Shown: positions 1 through 7,389, counted from the stretch's first letter. The stretch is 32,000 nt of DNA from Parcubacteria group bacterium GW2011_GWA2_38_13b (GCA_000992445.2 LBUF02000001.1:94393-126392); one strand, 5' to 3'. The notes: a model not told the origin generated them from the sequence alone. Program-made: numbers and translations.

Positions 1-458
1 ATGAAATATGAATGGAAGTATGGATACCAAACGGTTGATTCGGCTAAAAACACTCCTTCGGGAGAAATTATACCGGGCGTCGCGCTGAATCCGCGCGCGT
101 ATTCTTCGCTATCTTCATCAACGGGATGAAAAATTTCGCCTCCATACGCAATCGTGAATTGATGAGTCCCAAACGGCAAAGTTATTTCAAAAATTTCCAA
201 TCCTTCTTCAACACCTATTTTTTTAAGCACCGCGCCTTCACTTAAAACTTTCGGATTAAGATCTTGGTGCAACGCGAAAATAATTGGCCGCGCATCCGCC
301 CTTTCCGGTAAAATAATAGTATCAACAACTTCAATCCGATAACTATCCGGAAACAACACGACTTTCAAATTATGATTTATCTGGCCGGATACCGCGGTTG
401 ACGCTACAAAAACAAAGAAAACAATTCCCCAAAAATACCGCAATAATCTATAATCCAT
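1..458 (-). CDS. Secreted or membrane-anchored protein, N-terminal 152 aa only (gene runs off the left edge). It is loosely reminiscent of the N-terminal beta-domain of M1-family aminopeptidases; product unresolved.
   Basis: Absent from the ORF track because it has no stop in the window. The reverse complement from the ATG at 456-458 reads MDYRLLRYFWGIVFFVFVASTAVSGQINHNLKVVLFPDSYRIEVVD...STVWYPYFHSYF and stays open to base 1. A GGAGG Shine-Dalgarno (rc of 464-468) lies 5 nt upstream. There is a hydrophobic N-terminal segment. Confidence 0.6.
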   Translation of the reverse strand, partial: MDYRLLRYFWGIVFFVFVASTAVSGQINHNLKVVLFPDSYRIEVVDTIILPERADARPIIFALHQDLNPKVLSEGAVLKKIGVEEGLEIFEITLPFGTHQFTIAYGGEIFHPVDEDSEEYARGFSATPGIISPEGVFLAESTVWYPYFHSYF

Positions 459-552
459 TTTCGCCTCCTTGTTCCGTAAATAAAAATATAAAATTTCAAA
501 TAACATACAATGCGATAGTTTAACAATGCATTTTCCAAATGTCAATTTAAAT

Positions 553-583
553 TAAAAACCCACTTCGCGTTGCTGCGAAATGG
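553..583 (-). terminator. Intrinsic terminator after the PD40 propeller gene
   Basis: On the minus strand, the 9-bp stem CCATTTCGC/GCGAAGTGG (one G-U pair, 6-nt loop) is followed by GTTTTTAATTT. It lies 8 nt after the stop codon at 591-593. Confidence 0.6.
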
Positions 584-590
584 ATTTTGA

Positions 591-1649
591 TTAATCTTCC
601 CAATCGGCTATAAAAATATTGGTTTCACCATGGACTTTTCCATTTCTATTGGAAGCGAAAACCAATTTTTTCCCGTCATAAGAAAACATTGGGAACCCGT
701 CAAATGACGGATTACAAGTTATTCTTTCAATTTTTCGTGTCTCTATGTCAACCATATATAGCTCGAAATTGTGACTTTTCGGGCTATCTAAGTTTGACGA
801 AAAAATAACTTTCTTACCATTCGGATGAAAATAAGGCGCGAAATTGGCAGCGCCATTATTTGTTAACTGAATAGGTTTACGTTCCTTCAAATTCATTATG
901 TATATTTCCAGTTTGCCGGGCCGAATCAAATTTTTGCCAAGCAAACACCTGTAATCTTCAAACTCTTTTCCTTGCGGCCTTGACGCTCTCCAGCAAATCC
1001 ACTGACCGTCTAAAGAAAAGAAACCCCCGCCATCATAACCCGGAATATCCGTTAACTGTTCTTGATCGGATCCATCTGGATTCATCAAAAATAATTCCAA
1101 GTCGCCGGTACGCGCCGAAGTAAAAAGAATCTTATCGCCTTTAAGCGAATAAACTCCCTCCGCATCATACCCCTTGGCGGTAGTCAATTGCCTTATATTG
1201 CTTCCATCTTTATCGGCTTGAAAAATATCATAATCTTCATATAAAGGCCAAACGTAACCGTGCGACATATCTGGTTTAGCGGGACATTTATATATCCCCG
1301 AATGAGTGGAGGCGTAAATAATTGATTTTCCGTCGGGAGAAATAAATGAACAGGTGGTTACGCCCTCTCCGGACGATACCATTTTTACATTTGTGCCGTC
1401 AGTATTCATTGTATAGATTGCATCATACTCCATTCCATCGCGCTTAGACTGAAATACCAACTGTTTGCCATCGCGCGAAAAGTAAGCCTCAGCGTTTTCC
1501 CCGCCAAAAGTAAGCTGCCAAATATTTTTGAAATGCGTTTCGCCTTCAAAAATATTTTTATTATTACTAACTGTACTAAATATAATGCTGGCGAAGACAA
1601 AAACGAATAACAAAAACAATCCAAGATTAATCTTCCAAAATTTTCTCAT
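591..1649 (-). CDS. TolB-like periplasmic/extracytoplasmic WD40-like (PD40) beta-propeller protein with N-terminal signal/anchor
   Basis: The 352-aa ORF has repeated PD40-type motifs (FSRDGKQLVF, ISPDGKSIIY, NPDGSDQEQLT, FHPNGKKVIFSSN, FSYDGKKLVFASNRNG). It has a hydrophobic N-terminus, and a GGAG SD precedes the ATG at 1649. Confidence 0.8.
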   Translation of the reverse strand: MRKFWKINLGLFLLFVFVFASIIFSTVSNNKNIFEGETHFKNIWQLTFGGENAEAYFSRDGKQLVFQSKRDGMEYDAIYTMNTDGTNVKMVSSGEGVTTCSFISPDGKSIIYASTHSGIYKCPAKPDMSHGYVWPLYEDYDIFQADKDGSNIRQLTTAKGYDAEGVYSLKGDKILFTSARTGDLELFLMNPDGSDQEQLTDIPGYDGGGFFSLDGQWICWRASRPQGKEFEDYRCLLGKNLIRPGKLEIYIMNLKERKPIQLTNNGAANFAPYFHPNGKKVIFSSNLDSPKSHNFELYMVDIETRKIERITCNPSFDGFPMFSYDGKKLVFASNRNGKVHGETNIFIADWED

Positions 1650-1689
1650 ACATTATCTCCTGTAAAAAATTTTATTAAATTATGAACGA

Positions 1690-1717
1690 ACCTGCCTGCC
1701 GATAGGCAAGCTTGACT
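1690..1717. repeat. GC-rich REP-like element, half copy (ACCTGCCTGCCGATAGGCAAGCTTGAC)
   Basis: It shares CCTGCCTGCCGAT with 1794-1807, and the ...GCAAGC..CTTGAC tail with 1836-1858. It forms an imperfect hairpin, CCTGCC/GGCAAG. Confidence 0.55.
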
Positions 1718-1741
1718 GTATATGTTACTGTATTTTATAAA
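1712..1741 (+). promoter_or_regulatory. Possible sigma70-type promoter carried on the REP-like element
   Basis: TTGACT (1712-1717), 18-nt spacer, TATAAA (1736-1741). Confidence 0.3.
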
Positions 1742-1793
1742 ATTTGTCAATATTTCGGACATATTTTAAGGCATAATTTCGGTCCAAATGCAT

Positions 1794-1858
1794 ACCTGCC
1801 TGCCGATGGGTCTGCCTATCGGCAGGCAGGTATGACCTGCCGGCAAGCAGGCTTGACA
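1794..1858. repeat. GC-rich REP-like palindromic element (full hairpin plus a second degenerate copy)
   Basis: ACCTGCCTGCCGAT (1794-1807) and ATCGGCAGGCAGGT (1818-1831) are perfect 14-nt inverted repeats around a 10-nt loop. They are followed by CCTGCCGGCAAGCAGGCTTGACA (1836-1858). The element stands out in otherwise AT-rich intergenic DNA. Confidence 0.7.
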
Positions 1859-1945
1859 AATTTTAAATAACTCGATAAGTTATAAGTAACATACGGGTTA
1901 CTGTTTTTTATATTATTTTTGTTATTTAATAAATAAGGAGACAAT

Positions 1946-2089
1946 ATGCGCACACTAGCAGGTGTAGGTTTGTCGTTTTTCGTTGTTGGCGTAGCGGCAA
2001 TAGCATTTATGACCTTCCAGGCCTTTAATCCCGTATTTTGGGGAGTTGAAATCGGTCTCGGAGCAGGAGCATATTATTGCTTTAAATAA
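1946..2089 (+). CDS. Small hydrophobic membrane peptide, 47 aa (below the ORF-track cutoff)
   Basis: ATG at 1946 is preceded by AAGGAG (1936-1941). It translates to MRTLAGVGLSFFVVGVAAIAFMTFQAFNPVFWGVEIGLGAGAYYCFK with TAA at 2087-2089, followed by the terminator at 2113-2148. Confidence 0.6.
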   Translation: MRTLAGVGLSFFVVGVAAIAFMTFQAFNPVFWGVEIGLGAGAYYCFK

Positions 2090-2112
2090 GCAAAAAAGAA
2101 ACGGAGACAAAA

Positions 2113-2148
2113 ATCCCTCTTGAAAAAATCAAGACGGGATTTTTTTTA
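2113..2148. terminator. Bidirectional intrinsic terminator between convergent genes
   Basis: Stem ATCCC-CTTGA / TCAAG-CGGGAT with a small internal loop. A T8 run follows on the plus strand, and an A-run (T-run on the minus strand) precedes it. Confidence 0.7.
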
Positions 2149-2161
2149 TTCAATAAAATCG

Positions 2162-2590
2162 TTAATTAATTGCTATTTTACCTGTTCGCAAACCCAAACC
2201 GCCAATTACCGCGATAACCACATATATTCCCAACCCGACAACGCACGCCGGAATTCCGGTAAAATTAATGTCCAAAACATAAATTTCGTAAAAAGATAAA
2301 AATCCAGCGAAAGCCGTTCCGAAAAGACCGAAACAAAAAATAATTTTTAAAAAATTGCGTTTATTTTCCGAAATTAAACCGACTAAAGAAAACCCCAAAA
2401 CCGCCAAATACATAAAAAATCCGTAAACGCATGTCGGTAAACTAAAAATCAAAACCTGATCCGGTCCGCCACAGGAAATTATCGTCTTGGAACAACCGCC
2501 GACAAAAACATTGTAATAAGACAAATAACCGGAAAACAAAAGACCGGCTATAGAAAAAAATAAAATTATTTTTAAAAACATGCTAACCAT
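2162..2590 (-). CDS. VKOR-like (vitamin K epoxide reductase family-like) four-TM membrane protein lacking the canonical CXXC
   Basis: 142 aa with 4 hydrophobic helices. The first half fits the VKOR pattern: helix GLLFSGYLSYY, loop Cys pair C-x6-C (CSKTIISC), then VLIFSLPTCVYG. The second half (AGFLSFYEIYVL...GIPACVVG) resembles VKOR TM3/4 but has no CXXC. Confidence 0.4.
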   Translation of the reverse strand: MVSMFLKIILFFSIAGLLFSGYLSYYNVFVGGCSKTIISCGGPDQVLIFSLPTCVYGFFMYLAVLGFSLVGLISENKRNFLKIIFCFGLFGTAFAGFLSFYEIYVLDINFTGIPACVVGLGIYVVIAVIGGLGLRTGKIAIN

Positions 2591-2681
2591 AAAAAATCGT
2601 AATCCGCACTATTCATTAACAACACTCAATCAATATAATTGTAATCTTAAAAATATAAATCTGTCAATTTTTTAGTCATTT

Positions 2682-2710
2682 AAAAAGGTCTTCCTCGATC
2701 GGAAAACCTT
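2682..2710 (-). terminator. Intrinsic terminator after the malic enzyme gene
   Basis: On the minus strand, the 10-bp stem AAGGTTTTCC/GGAAGACCTT (one G-U pair, 6-nt loop) is followed by TTTTT. It lies 8 nt after the stop. Confidence 0.65.
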
Positions 2711-2718
2711 TGAACAAA

Positions 2719-4059
2719 TTATTTGTATTTTTTTATCAATTTCTCCTTCATTAAACTCTTGATTATATTACGAACGAGCGAAATTTTTGATTCAACCGTT
2801 TTTCTTAACTTTTCCTCGTTCATCGGTTTTTGAGCAATCCCCTGTTCAATCGCTTTCATTCCAACGAATACCGCTTCTTCAATGAAAACGCCGACTTCGT
2901 TCATTGAAGGCAAAATACGCTTCGGACAAAGACCTTTTTTCTCCTGATATTCCGCCACGGCTTTACTTGCCGCTACCGTCATTTCCATGGTGATTTTTGA
3001 AGCCCGCACATCAAGAGCGCAGCGAAAAACCGCCGGAAAAATCAATGAATTATTACACTGATTGGGATAATCACCCCTGCCGGTGCAAACTATTTCAACG
3101 CCCGACCTGCGCAAATCTTCAGGCCAAATACTTGGCACAGGATTTTCGCCGGCAATAAAAATCGCGCGAGAAGCCATCTTTTTCACCCATTTCGAATTAA
3201 CGGAATTTTCTTTTGCTGCCGAATAAGAAACGGCGATATCAGCGCCACGCAATGCTTTGTCCGCATTACCGGATAAGCATTTTAGGTTTGTAATCTTTGC
3301 ATATTGCCATTTTTCCTCTTCACCGTTACGCGGATTACCGTTTTTTATATCAAAACGATCCCTATGCAAAATTCCCCTTGAATCCACGATAATAATATTT
3401 CCCGGTTTAGCGCCGGCGGGAATCAACATTCTCATCAAAGCGGTATTCGCCGCTCCCAAACCTATAATGACAAATCGCGCTTCTTCAATTTTTTTACCGA
3501 CTACTTTTAATCCATTGATGATAGCCGCAAGCGTTACAGCGGCAGTCCCCTGCTGATCATCGTGCCAAATTGGAATTTCAAGTTCATTATGAAGTTTATT
3601 CAGAATATAGAAACAATCGGGTTTCTTGATGTCTTCCAAATTAATCCCACCAACGCTTGGCGTAATATTTTTAACGATATTTATAAATTCATCCGGGTCT
3701 TTCGTTTTAAGCGATAAAGACATGGCGTCAATACCGCCTAAAAAATTAAAGATCAACGCTTTCCCCTCCATCACCGGTTCGCCAGCCCATGGCCCGATAT
3801 CGCCCAAACCAAGAACTCTCGTACCGTTGGAAATAATTAAAACCCTATTGCTTTTATCGGTTAAATCGTAAACTTTCGCCTGATCTTTTATGATTTCCCT
3901 GCATGCCTCGGCAACACCCGGCGTGTATGCCCATTCGAAAAGATTCACTCCATCAATCGTCTTGGTCCAACATCGCGGAATAACCATAGTATCACCATGA
4001 TAAAATTTATGGAGAACGGCGGACATTTCGTCAATTTTTTTCTTTCTATCTTTTCCCAT
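2719..4059 (-). CDS. NAD(P)-dependent malic enzyme (oxaloacetate-decarboxylating malate dehydrogenase)
   Basis: Malic-enzyme hallmarks are present: YTPGVAEACREI, GTRVLGLGDIGPWAGEPVMEGKALIF, and the dinucleotide fold IIGLGAANTA. I moved the start from 4161 to ATG 4059 (MGKDRKKK...). The 4060-4161 extension contains a good promoter (4115-4143), and a terminator hairpin (4175-4206) lies just upstream of it. ATG 4026 is also possible. Confidence 0.85.
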   Translation of the reverse strand: MGKDRKKKIDEMSAVLHKFYHGDTMVIPRCWTKTIDGVNLFEWAYTPGVAEACREIIKDQAKVYDLTDKSNRVLIISNGTRVLGLGDIGPWAGEPVMEGKALIFNFLGGIDAMSLSLKTKDPDEFINIVKNITPSVGGINLEDIKKPDCFYILNKLHNELEIPIWHDDQQGTAAVTLAAIINGLKVVGKKIEEARFVIIGLGAANTALMRMLIPAGAKPGNIIIVDSRGILHRDRFDIKNGNPRNGEEEKWQYAKITNLKCLSGNADKALRGADIAVSYSAAKENSVNSKWVKKMASRAIFIAGENPVPSIWPEDLRRSGVEIVCTGRGDYPNQCNNSLIFPAVFRCALDVRASKITMEMTVAASKAVAEYQEKKGLCPKRILPSMNEVGVFIEEAVFVGMKAIEQGIAQKPMNEEKLRKTVESKISLVRNIIKSLMKEKLIKKYK

Positions 4060-4114
4060 TTTTATCACGCTTTCTTGTAAAAATTGTAAATGAACTGCGT
4101 TTAAATATCTATAA

Positions 4115-4143
4115 ATCATACTCTTTTTTACAAAATCCGTCAA
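4115..4143 (-). promoter_or_regulatory. Promoter of the malic enzyme gene
   Basis: On the minus strand: TTGACG (rc of 4138-4143), 17-nt spacer, TATGAT (rc of 4115-4120). Confidence 0.45.
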
Positions 4144-4174
4144 TCTTTTAGTCATTTTCACGAATGGGAAAAGA

Positions 4175-4206
4175 AAACGTCTCTTTGCTTCCGCAAAAAG
4201 ACGTTT
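4175..4206 (-). terminator. Intrinsic terminator after hydG
   Basis: On the minus strand, the long stem AAACGTCTTT..GC ggaa GC..AAAGAGACGTTT (one bulge) is followed by TCTTTTCCC. It starts 7 nt after the hydG stop. Confidence 0.55.
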
Positions 4207-4212
4207 ATTTTT

Positions 4213-5601
4213 TTATGTGTAAAAATACTTTTTCTCTCCCCGGTCAAGCCGCCGCAACCATTCTTCCGTTGTTGATCTGCGTAATGCCGGTAATAAACTC
4301 AATTCCCATTCTATTATTTCTTGCCCCAATCTGTTGGTTGCTATAGAGGCGTAATTTAATAGATACTCTTTTAGAGTAATCAAGGCGTTGGGTTGGCAGA
4401 AATTTTTTATATTTCCGGATTTGGCAAACGGCATAAAATTTTTACCCATCCGTCCCTGAAATTCGCAAGCTGTGCAATGGCTGGGAATAAAACCCTTAAC
4501 CAATAATTCGTAACTGATTTCGTCCAAACTGCGATTATCATGCAATTCAAATTGTTTAAGCATTTTTTTGCCTTTATTCGGGCAAGCATATCCCCCGGGA
4601 ACAGTGGAAGAACCGGCCGATGTCTGTGAGATCCCTATTCTAAAAGCTTTTAATCTTATTTCCGGATTTTCTCTCGTGGATATAACCATACCGGCATAAG
4701 GAATCGCCATTCTGATGATGGCGATGATCTTCAAAAAATCGTCATCTGAAACCGGAAACGGCGGCATAAATTCTACGCCGCCCGCCTGCTGTATTCTTGG
4801 AAACGAAATAGCATGCGGTCCTATGCCAAAAGTCCTGTCAAGATATTGAGCGTGGCTGATTAAAGCCAAAAGTTCAAAACGCCAGTCATAAAGACCATAA
4901 AGTACTCCCATTCCCAAATCCCCCAATCCTCCTTCAATCGCGCGGTTCATCGCGAAAAGCTGTCTTTCATAATTGCCTTTTGGCGTATTTTGCGGATGAA
5001 CTTTTTCGTATGTCGGCTGATGATATGTCTCCTGGAAAAGATTATACGTTCCGATTCCAACTTCCGCTAATCTTCTATAATCTTCAACGCTTCCGGCGGC
5101 AATATTAACATTGACTCTGCGGATAGAATCGCCTTTGCTGTTTTTCGTGCCGTAAATTTGCCTTATAGCGCTTAACACATAATCCAATGAATTATGCGAA
5201 GGGTCTTCTCCGCATTCCAATAACGCTCTCTTGTGCCCCATATCCAATAAGGCTTCCGTTTCAAGCCTGATTCTCACTGAATCCAATTTCATTCTCGGCT
5301 GATGATTTTGCGCCTGAAATCCGCAATAAGCGCATCTGTTAACGCAATAACTTGAAACATATAAGGGCGCGAACAAAACTGTTCTGTTGCCGTAAATTTC
5401 CCTTCTAATCCAACTTGATGTTTTAAAAAGATAATCCGACATTTCTTGCGGCGCCGTTATGAAAATCGCGACATCTTCAAGCGACAAACCTTTTTTCTCT
5501 TTTGACTTTTCAATAATATCTAAAAATTTTTTCTCGTCAAAAACGACCCGATTGATTATTTCTTCTATTCTCTGCTGATTAATAATATCATCAATTTTCA
5601 T
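4213..5601 (-). CDS. hydG: [FeFe]-hydrogenase maturase HydG (radical SAM tyrosine lyase producing CO/CN)
   Basis: It has the radical-SAM CX3CX2C motif (CVNRCAYCGF). It also has the HydG-specific C-terminal CX2CX22C (CTACEFQGRMGKNFMPFAKSGNIKNFC), followed by QPNALITLKEYL; ThiH lacks this domain. The start is set at ATG 5601 (MKIDDIIN), which has GGAGGGG 4 nt upstream and lies 1 nt after the hydE stop. Confidence 0.9.
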   Translation of the reverse strand: MKIDDIINQQRIEEIINRVVFDEKKFLDIIEKSKEKKGLSLEDVAIFITAPQEMSDYLFKTSSWIRREIYGNRTVLFAPLYVSSYCVNRCAYCGFQAQNHQPRMKLDSVRIRLETEALLDMGHKRALLECGEDPSHNSLDYVLSAIRQIYGTKNSKGDSIRRVNVNIAAGSVEDYRRLAEVGIGTYNLFQETYHQPTYEKVHPQNTPKGNYERQLFAMNRAIEGGLGDLGMGVLYGLYDWRFELLALISHAQYLDRTFGIGPHAISFPRIQQAGGVEFMPPFPVSDDDFLKIIAIIRMAIPYAGMVISTRENPEIRLKAFRIGISQTSAGSSTVPGGYACPNKGKKMLKQFELHDNRSLDEISYELLVKGFIPSHCTACEFQGRMGKNFMPFAKSGNIKNFCQPNALITLKEYLLNYASIATNRLGQEIIEWELSLLPALRRSTTEEWLRRLDRGEKKYFYT

Positions 5602-5602
5602 C

Positions 5603-6658
5603 TTACCCCTCCATATTACAAAGCGAAGCAAAATTTTTCTTATTCAAAGTAAAATCAGTTCCCCATCCCCGACAAACTTTTCGGCCGCACGCTTTAATGA
5701 GTTTCGTTAATTCGCCTACCGCCTGCAAAGAATGAAGATGCGATTCCATTTTATTCTTATCATCATAAATTGCGTAATATTCCCTATATTGAGACGGCGT
5801 CAAATTCAGCATAAAAGCATTGCCGCCGCCGTTCAAAGCCGCAATCCTAGCTTCATTTCCGCCGATTTTCTCCAATGCGGTGGTAACGGGAATTCTTGCT
5901 CTAGGATAAATAATCCGCGTTAACGCTATCATTTTCAATGCCAAACTAACGGTTCCGCCGATATTATCCTCCAAAGGAGTGCCGCTCGCCGGAATAAATG
6001 GTCCCATAGTAGCCATAGTCACTTTCAATTTTTTCATTAAATAAATATCGTCTACCAAAGATTCCATTGTCTGCCCATGAAGCCCTATGATCGGTCCTGA
6101 AGCCGTCAAATAACCTATTTCTCTCATAAATTCAAGATGGTTTATTCTTTCGGAAAAAGAACAATTCGGACGCACTTTTTCATAAAGCGCTACATCGGAA
6201 GTTTCAAAGCGAAAAAGCACGCCCCTGGCGCCGGCATTATAAAGAACTTTGTAAGTATTATAATCCCTATCGCCAATGCTTAAAAACAACAAACAACGAC
6301 GGCATTCTTTGTGTATACTTTTTATAAGCCACGCCAGTTTGTCGGTATCGTACCACAAATCTTCGCCAGATTGTAAAACAAGCATTTTATAGCCCAAATT
6401 ATTTGAAGCGCTAACCGCCGTTCTTTTTATTTCTTCAAGCGGCATTCTGTACCGTTTTATTTTTTTATTGCCCGTTCTAATCCCGCAATAAAGACAATTT
6501 TGCGAACAATAATTGGAAAATTCAATTATGCCGTGAATGCACACTTGATCGCCAACATTTTCTGCTCGCGATAAATTAGCCAACGCTACTAAAACTTCAA
6601 ATTCTTTTGTATTATTGCCCTTTAATAAATTTAAAGCATTTTCACGCAAAATAATCAT
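5603..6658 (-). CDS. hydE: [FeFe]-hydrogenase maturase HydE (radical SAM)
   Basis: 351 aa. It recalls the characterised Thermotoga HydE over its whole length: IIEFSNYCSQNCLYCGIR..KRYRM..EEI, LQSGED, GPFIPASGTPL, LKMIALTRI. A GAGGGAG SD precedes the ATG. Confidence 0.88.
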   Translation of the reverse strand: MIILRENALNLLKGNNTKEFEVLVALANLSRAENVGDQVCIHGIIEFSNYCSQNCLYCGIRTGNKKIKRYRMPLEEIKRTAVSASNNLGYKMLVLQSGEDLWYDTDKLAWLIKSIHKECRRCLLFLSIGDRDYNTYKVLYNAGARGVLFRFETSDVALYEKVRPNCSFSERINHLEFMREIGYLTASGPIIGLHGQTMESLVDDIYLMKKLKVTMATMGPFIPASGTPLEDNIGGTVSLALKMIALTRIIYPRARIPVTTALEKIGGNEARIAALNGGGNAFMLNLTPSQYREYYAIYDDKNKMESHLHSLQAVGELTKLIKACGRKVCRGWGTDFTLNKKNFASLCNMEG

Positions 6659-6745
6659 AATAATTCTCCCTCAATAACTGTTTTTATGGTTTTTTATTTC
6701 TTTTCAATAATTTTATCCTAAATTTTCAATGTTCAAGAACATAAA

Positions 6746-6774
6746 AGTTTACGATATTTTATCGTAAATGTCAA
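6746..6774 (-). promoter_or_regulatory. hydEG promoter with an embedded perfect palindromic operator
   Basis: On the minus strand: TTGACA (rc of 6769-6774), 17-nt spacer, TAAACT (rc of 6746-6751). The spacer and -10 are occupied by TTTACGATA-N3-TATCGTAAA (6748-6768), a perfect 9-3-9 inverted repeat. Confidence 0.55.
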
Positions 6775-6791
6775 TAACAAAAACTTGCAAT

Positions 6792-6817
6792 AAAAAAGCG
6801 AGGTTTAAATCCCCGCT
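6792..6817 (-). terminator. Intrinsic terminator ending the sdh-fum operon
   Basis: On the minus strand, the stem AGCGGGG/CCTCGCT (one G-U pair, 6-nt loop) is followed by TTTTTTATT. It lies 11 nt after the fumB stop. Confidence 0.7.
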
Positions 6818-6828
6818 TTATTTCCTTC

Positions 6829-7389
6829 TTATTTTTTTATTTCATACTGAACATATTTTTTTCTTCCCTCTTCGTACGCGTCTCCGCCATAAATGTCGTT
6901 TACAACGATGGCGGAAAAATTTTCAACAATTATTCTGCAAATCGCTTCCGGACCCAATTCCGGAAAAGCGATAACTTCGCATCTTTTCACGCATTTAGCG
7001 ATCAACGCGCCGCAGCCGCCGAGAGCCGCAAAATAAACCGCTTTATATTCCACAATCGCTTTTTTAACTTCCGCGGAACGAAATCCCTTACCAATCATTC
7101 CCTTCAATCCGCGCCGTAAAAGTTCCGGCGCGTACTTATCCATTCGCCCGCTGGTTGTTGGACCGGCGGAACCGATAACCATATTCGGTCTTGTCGGCGA
7201 AGGACCCATATAATAAACCGTAGCGCCATTCAATTCAAACGGCAACTTATCGCCCTTTTCAAGCGCTTCAATAATCTTTTTATGCGCCGAATCACGCGCC
7301 ACATAAATAACGCCATTAAGCAGAACTTGGTCTCCGGCGCGAAAATCGGCAACAATTTCTTCCCTTAAAGGCAGATTTATTATTTTCAT
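6829..7389 (-). CDS. fumB: Class I (Fe-S) fumarate hydratase, beta subunit (tartrate/fumarate hydro-lyase family)
   Basis: 186 aa with the family motif GPTTSGRMDKYAPELL..GLKGMIGKG.R. Its ATG overlaps the alpha-subunit TGA (ATGA at 7386-7389). L-tartrate dehydratase cannot be excluded from sequence alone. Confidence 0.8.
   Translation of the reverse strand: MKIINLPLREEIVADFRAGDQVLLNGVIYVARDSAHKKIIEALEKGDKLPFELNGATVYYMGPSPTRPNMVIGSAGPTTSGRMDKYAPELLRRGLKGMIGKGFRSAEVKKAIVEYKAVYFAALGGCGALIAKCVKRCEVIAFPELGPEAICRIIVENFSAIVVNDIYGGDAYEEGRKKYVQYEIKK

Noticed and set aside
1885-1909. AGTAAC-N6-GTTACT hairpin plus T6, considered as a stand-alone terminator or sRNA 3' end
   Set aside because: The stem is only 6 bp and AT-rich, and no upstream plus-strand gene needs terminating. 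I keep it only as a possible leader element of the 47-aa ORF.
4060-4161. N-terminal 34-codon extension of the malic enzyme ORF in the track (GTG at 4161)
   Set aside because: The extension has no SD and begins only 14 nt after a terminator-like hairpin. It also contains a good TTGACG-N17-TATGAT promoter. Homologous malic enzymes begin close to the AVLHKFYHG region, so ATG 4059 is preferred, with 4026 also possible.
5602-5631. Ten-codon 5' extension of hydG that overlaps hydE
   Set aside because: The internal ATG at 5601 has a GGAGGGG SD and sits 1 nt after the hydE stop. The extension start has neither feature.
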